Below, piece by piece: positions 33,893 through 44,300 of a stretch of DNA of 64,000 bases. Position 1 is the first letter of the stretch; every line of letters begins with the position of its first letter. The DNA comes from Lingula anatina. Lineage: Eukaryota; Animalia; Brachiopoda. A program made the translations under genes and the position numbers. Below the pieces are notes generated by a model, which searched no databases, was not told the origin of the DNA, and saw nothing but the letters and a program-made list of their open reading frames with translations. The stretch lies in NCBI GenBank assembly GCA_051362555.1, contig CM120642.1, positions 28,830,001 to 28,894,000 on the forward strand. Reading direction: 5' to 3'.

Positions 33893-36800
33893 CTATTACA
33901 TTTTTATTAAAAAAAATTATTTTGTAATACCAGTCTGTGATACATAAGAGTGATGCTACTTGCCTTTTGGGCAATCAGGGTCTAAAAGTTTAATTGCTGG
34001 TAGTATCTATAATTATATTAACTTTTTTACTAGCTCAGTGTCTCTTTGGCTAGGCAATTGTCTTGGGCTAGTGCCTAGTGGTGCTGAGTGTAAAACAATC
34101 GTACAGAGTTCCTGTATGTACAAGTTCAATGTTACTTACAGGTGTGTGATGTAGTACAATACAGCCCAAGCCTCTTCGTGGTAACCAAGTTTACCAATAA
34201 AATGGTAGTTAATCTGAAAGAATAGTGTTTAATCAGTACAAAATAAAAAAACATGAATATAAGTGAGTCATTTGCAATGGTATGCATTTCATGTCAATTA
34301 CTTATTGCCAATCTGATGGCCTTATATGACTGGATATAAAATTACACTGATTCTTTTGGTCATTTCACATAAATTTCTACAGAGAATATCTTAAAAGATG
34401 AACTGCAATAGCATTCAGACACTCTGACCTATAAGAAAGTAACTTATTTTCTGGGGCTAATTTATATTAAACATATATATATGCATCATATTGTGTTCCT
34501 TTATAAATGACACAGTTACAGTTTCTGATAAAGACAAAGATACCGTCCACTCATGTCTACCTACAGCATGGAACAGGAAAGAGACAGATTTGACAGTCAT
34601 GATGGCAAACATCAGGTAATGGATCTTGTACACTTCACTCCTGCAAAACAAAGCAGTGCATCTTTTTAATAATTAACAAATATAACTCAAACATTCAATA
34701 CAAACACTTGTCTTACCAGCAATAGATAAATTGACATAAAAGGGAATAAAACAAATTAGTATAAAAAATATGTATTGTTCATCACCAGCATACATATAAA
34801 TCAAATATTGAATACTGAAATTTATTATAGAAACAAATCAATATAACAGACATATATGAAGAAAAATTAGTAAAATAAATATAATATCTTGGTATAACAA
34901 ATCATAAAGGGATGATTGTAGTAAGGAAAATAATCTTCAGAAACAGAGAGCAAGCTACATGAAGTTGTGTTGTCATATTCTACATAAAATGCAGAATCCT
35001 TGATAAAAGCCCGTGTTCTACTTACTTGGACTTCCTGAGCATGTAGAGCCACACAAAGCTGGTCAATAGGTACAACACACAGAATGAGAAGTAGAGAGTA
35101 GGAAGTGGCACATTCCCAACTGACAGGAAACTATCCGGGTTCCTCTCCACAATATGAAGCTGAAAAAGAATAGCTAGTTTTAGTTTTAACTAATTAGATT
35201 TTAATACATCTAATGGCTGCAGGGAGGGGGTCACAGATTGGGGCACCCTTAAGAAAGCTGATCCTCGGTTCCAGTCCTTACATTAAATTTTTTTCATGAA
35301 TCCCCTCTTGTCAAATCCAAATTTTGGTGGTGATTGAATGTAATTTGCCTCACTATCAAATGTTGGATGGGTCTATTTACTACAACACATGCCTTTCTGT
35401 GTAACCAAGTGGCACATTTCCAACTGTAAAACCTCATAAATAGCTGTCCAAATGTGACCTGCGTGGTAAAATTCAGTGACACACACTGATGAAAGTCTGA
35501 TAAAGGGGGGCATGTGGAGGTTGAAAAACATAGAAGATGGAACGCATCATATATGAAGCTCAGGGTATGTAATTCAAGCTTCTTAAATTTTTGGAAATTT
35601 TCACCATTGTTTTTTCAGTGATTTATAAAAAGTGTATTGTGCTCCATATGGCATTTTATTCATCTAACTAACCGTCAAATTGATCGCAGCTTTGTCTTCA
35701 TCATTAGTGTTAGGACAGCTGTGGAAGTACAAGTTATACGGTCCCTCTTCTTCAGGGTTATGGATTTCAACACGGAACTGGAATAAATATGAACAAAATG
35801 TGGTAAAATGAATTCTCAAATATAACGAAATATATGTCTTTGTCTTGAAATACAATTCTCAGTTTCATCAGACTTATTATTTTCCACCCATGTTATTCAC
35901 AAAACTATGTATTGCCAAAAAAAAAATTATTTATAAGTAGAAGATAAATTCTTTTAAAAATGCAATACTTACAGAAGCCTGCCAAATCATTTCTCCTTTC
36001 TCATTCTCTATTTCATTCAAAGGTATTGAGTTGATCAGTTTAGCTGCTGTCTCAGCAGTGCTCTCACTTGTGTCATTGCTGGCTTCTGTTACACTGGGAG
36101 CTTCAGTGGCTGCCTGAAAGTTTGATATTAATACAGTTAGCATCCATCCATGAAGAAAATATTCTTGGTAGTGGAAATGAAGCAATGTATTTCATTAGTG
36201 AAATTACACAAAAATGAAACTTGAAGTGCATTTTGATAATTATTATATATTATATAACAGTCACTGATATTATAACTCCAAGAGTTACAGGACTGAATTT
36301 GGACTATAATCTTGAACATTATACTTGGTGAAGATACTTAGGCTAGATGCTACTGCCTTGCTTTGAGTGGGAGCAGGGGTTGTGGTGGGTGAGGGACTTG
36401 GGGTTATCAATACTTTCTTGGTAGTTGGGGTGGATTTAACAAGAGCATGTTTTGTTGTTCCAGTAACTGTCTTGGTGTCATTACCAACTCTGTCAGGGAA
36501 CTTTGTCGTTCCTTAATTGTGCTTCTACCTTTCTTCTTTTTCTGCTGTGAGAACCTGTGGGTGTAGTCACCCCTGGGGAAGACTCCCCTGGGGAGGACCC
36601 CCCTGGAGAGGAGGATGCCCCTGGAGAAGTCACCTTGATGTTCAACTTCTGTACATCCGTACCAACTCTTTGTATGGTGATTCTGAAAATGAAATAAAAA
36701 TTTTATAAAACTTATCTAATAAAATGGCTCTAACATGCCCATTTATTTTAATTCTACCTAGAAGTGGAAAAGGGGAATCCTGATTCCAAGCCTCCAGGAC

Positions 36801-38444
36801 TGTTAATTATCACTTGTGACTGAAATGAAAAGACTGACAGTACAATGTACCTGCTATGCTCCTTTAAAACCATGTGCTTACTACTAAAACAAAATAAGTT
36901 AGGTCTACCAAATAAGTTAAGTCTACCAAACTTGTCTAGAGTTACCACTCCTTAATCAACTTAAATCAACTTTGCCTGGCTTTATATTCAAAGTTTAAAA
37001 ACTGAAACCAACCTTCTGTTATCCAAGTCAAATTTGAAGAAGGTGACGGCCACATTCTTGTCCTCTTTATCTGTGCTATCCATTAGTATACAAGCTGTTT
37101 GCTCTTGTTTTTCCTGAAAACATGAATTATTATCATTTTATCACAAACAGAGAAGGCATATAAATTTTCCTATATTTACAGTATTATTAATAAATTGGAC
37201 TTTGATTTTGAACATTATACTTGCTTATACTTATGAATATAGTCAATTGGAAATTTAGGAGGTTTGATGTATAGCTAATGACATTTTCATATTGAAAAAA
37301 AAAAGAAAATCTAAACTGTTCCACTGATATTTCAGTGTAAGTATTGTTATCATTTAAGCACGTCCCCATTTGTGATAACCACAAGTTTTTTAAAACACCC
37401 GTAAATGACAGCCTCATGAGCTGATATATACAATGCCCCTGCCAAATTTCAATTATAGATGTATGTATCAGGGTTTCCCCATAAAATGCCATTAAAAAGA
37501 TTCCATCTGTCATGCAAGAAATACCACAGAGTGCCCTATAGGGTGCATTCCCATAGATTTTAGATCAATCTATCCCCATGTGGAGTCTCTCTAGATTACT
37601 GTCAGATAATCCAGCTTAAATGTCCATCCTGCCTACTACAAGCTGTAGGGGGGTAATTAACTTCCATGCGCGGTCGGCTGACTGCAATTTAGCGTTAACC
37701 CCCAGGGAGTTATGTCGATCTAGTAAGACCGATCTTAATCTCTGGGAATGCCCTAATATATGTGTTAACTTACCCAGTAACTGGAGATACCACTGCTGCT
37801 ACTTTTATCCAGGATAAAGCCAAACTGAAATACAAAGTAAGTTTGAGTGTTCATGGCATTTTTTTGGGTATCCAGGTCAACTTAATCAATAACTATGATA
37901 AATTACTCAAGAACACAGAATGTATTTATTTGATTTCAAAATTACGTAGGAAAAAAATTTTAAGCTTTTTTCTTTGAAAATTGTTCCACATATCAAGTAT
38001 GTAAGACACCTACAACAGCAAAAAATATTACATGATATTCTATCAGTCCTATGATTTAGGAAACAACGCTAGTTCTTACTGTTCCTTCCTGCAGCTTCAA
38101 GGAGCTGTCCATCCTGTAGGTGAAGGTGGTCATGTTGACGTCGAGGTAGCCACCTTGCAGGAACTCAAAAGTGCTGGACACAAACTGAGCTCTCTTGTCA
38201 TTCTGAAACAACAGTTTATTTACAGCAAAATACCACAGGTAACTGGGCAACACATGTGGCAGTTGGGGTATTAAATATTAAGTTTGAGTAAAAAAGGAGA
38301 ATTCAATTTTACACTTTGGTAAGAGGAAATTTCACTTGTTTTAAAATTTGTTTTCTTTCTTTTTTTTTCAAATGGCTCAATTAATTGATATCAAAGTTTT
38401 TATTGTGATGACTTTCAGAGACCCCCTCTGATAGAGAACATTCT

Positions 38445-39011
38445 GGTACTATTGTAGTATACCCCCCCCCCCCCCCCACCCTGTAAAATTTCTGTAACTT
38501 TCACTTTTCAAACAGTTTTTTACATTTTCTTGTTCAGCAATGTCAAAGCTGTTGAAATATAATGCTTTTGTAGTTACCTGTGGTCTTTTTATTAGTTTTA
38601 ATTACGTTTAATACAGCCCATTGAAATACAAAGTGAGAATCTACAATTCACCCGCAGTCATTAACTAAGTTAATTTTATGTGAACAAGTATAGCAATAAA
38701 TTTCACAGAAGAAGTCGAAGTATACAATGTATCAACCTTATGTTCACATAAAATTACCTTAGAGTTAGCCAACGAAAACGCGGCAAGCTATTGACTGCGA
38801 GTGCATTGTAGATTTTCACATAGTATTTCACTGGACTGGATTAAACGTGATTAAAACTAATAAAAATACCACAGGTAATTATAAAAGCATTTTATTTTAA
38901 CAGCTTTGACACAGATGAACAAGAAAATGTAAAAAACTGTTTGAAAAGTGAAAGTTACAGAAAGTTACAGGGTGGGGGGGGGGGGGGGGAGGGGTATACT
39001 ACAAAAGTACC
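38445..39011. mobile_element. 567-bp fold-back MITE, Merlin-like
   Basis: ggtactattgtagtatacccc... / ...ggggtatactacaaaagtacc, nearly palindromic throughout; 8-bp TSD aacattct; empty site at ~19903. GGTAC termini with an 8-bp TSD fit Merlin. Confidence 0.78.
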
Positions 39012-39331
39012 AACATTCTAACAGAAAACTGACTCGCTTCATTTACTTTGCTCAATTGTATCAACCAGTTCTACAGGTAAAGGCTATATTTACAACAAAT
39101 TAGGTGCAATCAATGAAAATTCAAGAGCGTTAAAATTGATTAACTGTAAAACTTTAACCTGAAAACTTTGTTAAACGAAAGAGGAAATACAGATATATGC
39201 CCATGTTGAAAACTGAATTAATAAGTATTATAATTGCAAGCTGTCAAATAATTCTTAATTCCTTTTCTTCTCAAGAGTTTATGTACTTTTTTTCTTTTTC
39301 TCTTGAACTGATCATAACAAAATGACTCATA

Positions 39332-39484
39332 TGTAGTGGCGCCGACCCCGGAACCGGTAGTGGGGTCGGCCCATGCGCAGCGAGCGCCCCCTCTCTCGAC
39401 GTCAGCGTCACACTGTAGCAGTAGAGAAAACCTTTAGGTAAGCATATCTTCCCCGATCGTGTGTTTAAGTTGCACATCGGCACA
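39332..39484 (+). repeat. Short 5' LTR (~153 bp)
   Basis: TGT...ACA termini, followed after 4 nt by the PBS; internal hairpin gccgacccc/ggggtcggc. No second LTR is available to confirm the boundary. Confidence 0.65.
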
Positions 39485-39488
39485 ATAT

Positions 39489-39502
39489 TGGTGGCAGCGG
39501 TG
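39489..39502 (+). promoter_or_regulatory. Primer-binding site, tRNA-Leu type
   Basis: TGGTGGCAGCGGTG is complementary to the 3' end ...CACCGCTGCCA-CCA of eukaryotic tRNA-Leu(AAG/TAG). Confidence 0.75.
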
Positions 39503-39875
39503 CTGGTAACAACCTAAGGCAACTTTTGGTGTAATTTCTTGAGCTCGCACGCAGTTATTGCCATAATAATAGCGTTTTTAGCGGAGCTCGAAATTCGTCT
39601 GCTAAAGTACACACTAACGCACGTATCGATCCCAACTTTTATCTTTCTTTCTATAAATAACTTAATTAAATCTCTTTCTGTCTTTTTGTGTATTATTTTG
39701 GTGTTTTGTACGTCTGCATTGTTTATTTTCTTTTCCAGCTGGTTTTATTTCCGCACATTTTAATAAAATACAATATTTTAATCTGTGTGGGTGTTTTTAT
39801 GAGTTATTCTTCATAATAAAGTATTATACAATACTTTTATCTGTGTGTGTAGTTATTATTTTTCATTTCTATATC

Positions 39876-41291
39876 ATGTGGGATCAGGGGGAAAGGAGTG
39901 AGTTCGGTGAGACGCGCGTGTCCGGCCCGTCGTTCTCCCTGCCTGCCGTGTCGGCTGTGCAGGTGAATTTCGCGAGCGAGGAGGAGCTCGCAGCGATTCC
40001 CGGAGTTGGGGCGAGGCTGGCGAGAGCCCTCGTGGCAGTGCGAGAGAATGCGGGGAACATCACGCGCTCCGTGTTGGAAACTTTGTGCCGTCGCACGTTC
40101 ACGGCAGTCGAGCTGGAGGGGATTGATTTTGCTCCTAACTCCAGCTTTCAGGACGCGGAGGGCGACGATGCAGGCCCCGCGTCTGGCATCAAAACAGAGG
40201 TTTCTCCACCGCGGAGCAGTAGCGACTGGGCGCCCCTTTTACAACCCAATGTTGCAACAGCTAAACCAATAGTTGCTACGTCGTTGGCGCCCCCGGTGGT
40301 GCCTGCCGGAGGTGCACCGGCCCCGAAGCCGTTGTTGCTGACCCCGGCGGCGTTTACCGTGGGACGGCCAGATCAGGGGCGAAAAACATCGCAGCCTATT
40401 TTTAGCCCACCTGAGAGCGTATCGTCGGAGTTATGTAGCTCAGAAGGCCCCAGGGGTCCAGACAGTCCGGTGGTAACACCTAAGACGGGCAGGGCGCGTG
40501 ACCCCCTACGGTCACTGCCTAAATCACTTAACTACGACGGGAGTTCGAACTGGGAATCGTTCGAACTAAAGTTTACGCGTTTCGTCCAGTCTCATGACTG
40601 GACTGAGGAGGAGCGGTTGGATGGGCTGATATGGTGCCTCAATGGCAAAGCCCTTGACTTCTTTCGGCTAATCCACACTCAGGGTGTGGTTTCGTACCTG
40701 GCCCTGCTTCGGAGGATGAAGGAGCGGTTCGGGGATGTCGATGCCCCGGTGTCGACCCAGACGCGATTTCAGCAGGCGTCACAGTTAGCCGGGGAGTCCC
40801 TGGAGGAGTGGGCAGACAGGGTTATTACCCTGGGCTGCAAGGCGTTTACGCGGTTGCCGGATGAGTTCGTCTCCCGGCAAAACGTGTACAATTTTTGCCA
40901 GGGCCTCTGGGATAGAGAAGCAGGTCAAGAGGTGTGCCTCCGCGAGCCGGCGTCTATTCAAGACGCAATACGATTAGTGCGCAAATTTCAACAGGTGCAC
41001 GCGGCTTTCGGAGAAAAGAGGGATAAAAAGCGCCTCCCCGTCAGAAATGATGAACAGGATCCTCGAGTATGTGCGGCTGCAGCGCCAAGCGCTAGCGCCC
41101 CGACATCGGTGGATTTTACTAAAGCTCTGAAAGAGTTGGAGGAGCGACTGACGAAGTCTCTCCAGTCGGGCAACGGCCGTCGGTATCAGGCCAAAAATAG
41201 GTCGATGGCTTGTTATAACTGCGGCGAAGTTGGCCATTTTAGAAACAACTGCCCAAAGAAGGCGTTAAACAAGAACGGGTCGGGGAAGTAG
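39876..41291 (+). CDS. gag: Gag with N-terminal helix-hairpin-helix motif, Pro-rich linker, capsid domain and CCHC knuckle
   Basis: Uninterrupted ORF: VNFASEEELAAIPGVGARLARALVAVRE; YDGSSNWESF..F..W; Q..GESLEEWADRV; CYNCGEVGHFRNNC. Confidence 0.9.
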   Translation: MWDQGERSEFGETRVSGPSFSLPAVSAVQVNFASEEELAAIPGVGARLARALVAVRENAGNITRSVLETLCRRTFTAVELEGIDFAPNSSFQDAEGDDAGPASGIKTEVSPPRSSSDWAPLLQPNVATAKPIVATSLAPPVVPAGGAPAPKPLLLTPAAFTVGRPDQGRKTSQPIFSPPESVSSELCSSEGPRGPDSPVVTPKTGRARDPLRSLPKSLNYDGSSNWESFELKFTRFVQSHDWTEEERLDGLIWCLNGKALDFFRLIHTQGVVSYLALLRRMKERFGDVDAPVSTQTRFQQASQLAGESLEEWADRVITLGCKAFTRLPDEFVSRQNVYNFCQGLWDREAGQEVCLREPASIQDAIRLVRKFQQVHAAFGEKRDKKRLPVRNDEQDPRVCAAAAPSASAPTSVDFTKALKELEERLTKSLQSGNGRRYQAKNRSMACYNCGEVGHFRNNCPKKALNKNGSGK

Positions 41292-41311
41292 GAGGTCGCT
41301 CCCCGAGCCCG
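41264..41311 (+). promoter_or_regulatory. Putative -1 ribosomal frameshift signal (gag-pol)
   Basis: G_TTA_AAC in the gag frame, 5-nt spacer, then stem cgggtcgggga / tccccgagcccg; the -1 frame is open into the protease ORF. Confidence 0.7.
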
Positions 41312-44300
41312 CAGTTGGCTGGGACCTTAGGTAATGGGCATGAACGGGGCAGTATAATTGTATGCCAGGTACGATCAGCGTCGCAGTACGCGGTGCCAGT
41401 CCAGGTCGGTAACGTCTCTGTTCGAGCGGTGGTAGATACAGCCGCTCAGGTCACCATTATTTCCGATAATGTGTATCGCGCTCTCAGTAGAAAACCGAGG
41501 CGGGTCAGAGACGTTAATCTGCTTACAGCCGGACGTGAAATGGCAATGTCGGCATTCATCGCCGGTCCCGTTAAGCTAAGGATCGGTCATAAATGGTATA
41601 GCGAAAATGCGTACGTCGCTCCCATAGAACACGATATGCTCTTAGGATTCGACATGCTGCGGGACTTAGGTCAAGCGGTACTCGACATGAGTAAGGGTAT
41701 GTTATATTTTGATGGGATGCGGATAATGCTGGACGTGGACTCTGATGAGGGGGTCCACGTGGCTCGGGTGAAAGTCGCCCAGCGGCGCGTCATTCCGCCC
41801 CATTCAGCGGTATAGATCTCATGCACTATGGACAAGGAAATGAGAGATTACGTAATTGAGCCTCTGGCACAGGATAAATTCCTTGTGCCGAGCGTTCTCC
41901 GCAGTGAATTCTCCGACCCCGTTGTCTGCGTGATCAACCCCTCGGACAGGTTTCGCCTCCTTCGTAAGGGGTGTGAAATAGGGAGGGCGGTCACAGTTGA
42001 AAGCGTTCTTGAGGACGCTGAGGAGTGCAACGAAGTCAGTGCCGCTGTTTGTCAAGTGGAGGTCTCCAGTGACTGTGATGAGTGCCTGGTGATTCCAGAG
42101 CACCTCTAGTCGCTGTATGAGAGCTCATGTACGCATTTAAGCGAGCCACAGTGCCAACAGTTGGCTCAAATTCTAGTCGACTTCCAAGACGTCTTTGCAA
42201 AAGACGAGTTTGACTTTGGTAATTTTACCGAGATCGAGCACCGTATTGACACGGGGGACGCTCGGCCAGTCAAACAGCGAATGCGCAGGACGCCTGCGTG
42301 TTTTGCCGAGGAGGAAGAGGGGCATCTGAAAAAGATGCTAAAGGCGGGGGTAATACAAGAGTCGACCTCTGACTGGGCATCGGCACCCGTGCTGATTAGA
42401 AAACGCGACGGTTCAGTGCGTTATTGCATTGACTATAGAGCGCTCAATGAGGTGACTGTTAAGGATGTATACCCCCTACCTCTGGTCGATGACTGCCTAG
42501 ACACGCTGGCAGGTAGTGTCTGGTTTTCAAAGTTAGATGCCAATTCCGCCTATTTTCAGTTAAAGATCCGGGAGGAGGATCGCAAAAAGACTGCGTTCAT
42601 AACGCGATATGGTCTTTTTGAACATGTGCGTATGGGTTTCGGCCTATGCGGGGCTCCCGCGACATTCGCTAGAGCTATTAATTTGGTCCTCCGGGGGTTG
42701 AAATGGAAAACAGTTCTTGCCTTCCTAGACGACATCCTCGTGTTGGGGAGGAGTTTTGAGGATCACATGTCCAATCTCAGGGACGCTTTGGCCCGGTTTC
42801 GCCAGTACAGGCTGAAACTGAAACCAAAGAAGTGTGTCTTCTTCCAGAAGGAAGTAGAGTTCCTCGGCAGACGAGTGAGCTCGGACAGCTTGTCCATGTC
42901 TGAGAATGATATTGCGGTCGTGCGTGATTGGCCAACTCCCACGTGTGCCTATTAATACGATTGAAATAGCTATCTAAAAGTTAGCACAAACTCCAGTGAT
43001 CTCTGTCAGGATTTTCTCTTTTTATTTTTGCTTTTGATTTTATTTTGATAAAACGTGAATTTTACGAAATATATATGGACCTTCCAATTTCAGTATTAAT
43101 AACTTCAAAAATAAAAGGTCAATCCAAAAACCAAGACTCAGTCGACTAGATATTATACTGAAACAGAGACACATCAAATTTCATGTCAATCTGACAGTTA
43201 CAGAATGAGATATGGGTATTGAAGTTTAGACTATGTTATCAATCTTCAAAGCTGAGAAATCGCTCCTAAACCATTTTGCTCAGGTAATTGGGCTATTTAA
43301 GCAAAATAATTGCACCTCCACCTTACCTGTTATCATCTTGTTGATCGGGAAGGTCTATACACCATTACGTGTTAAAATTGGGTTGTTTGTTTCTATCTAG
43401 ATGCCAGAAAATCTTACTTTTGTACGCAAACTTATTCGTACCACGAAAGCCGCTCTTCCCTGAGAAATGATTGACAGCTAAGTAGGTCTACCTTCTCTCG
43501 TTTCACTGACGTAATTAATCATAATTGTGCCTGACGCAGTAGGAGTCTGTGCACTGCCTAGGAAGTGTCTAAGGAAGCGCTTACAAACAAAAAGAGGATT
43601 ACTTGGTGTGCCAGCAGAGGAAATTTGCCACCCGTCGTGCGTGGACGCCGCTCTACACACCAAGACACGAAAATTGAGAAAGCAAAGCAAGATTTACTCC
43701 GAGAAATGGCCGAATGTGGGTACGCATATGCCATGATGCCACAGAGTGCCAAGACCGTAATATGCGAATTTGAAAATGTTTTGGGTGGCAATATTACTTA
43801 AAAACTTGCTTGCTATTACAATCTTTATTGTGCATAAAATGATTGCCTAACGATTTTTTTCTGACAACCCCAGACGTTGTACGAATACTCAGCAGTTCAA
43901 GTGTGATCTCGAGTCTTTACCTAGACGTGATTTAGACTCTATAGTAGAAAATTTAATATATCGTACACTCTCTTTCAAAATTCTCTTGTTTTCCTCGCTC
44001 ATCCGTTTTCTCACGACTTTCTTTCTTCCCATGACTGTTTATATAACTGTGTTCTGCTTAGCTGACGTAAGACTTATGAGCTGCCAGGGCACGCGTAACA
44101 GCTTAAGAAGTTAGACAACCATTCTTGCCCCGCCCCCCATAGTAACGGTGCTTGACAACGGAGGCGGAGCCTAAAGCCTGCCACCCGTACCAGTCAGGAC
44201 AGGTAGAAAAACTCGTCCAAATGTATATTTTTAGTCCGTGTTTCACAAATATAACTTAATTGAGTATTAGATACAAAATTGATTATTTCTAACGTATAAA

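Noticed and set aside
41813-41815. TAG after the protease as a programmed readthrough site
   Set aside because: pol has further stops and a frameshift, so ordinary decay is the simpler explanation.
43478-43801. Short overlapping ORFs inside the nested element
   Set aside because: No recognisable transposase motifs; too short to call.
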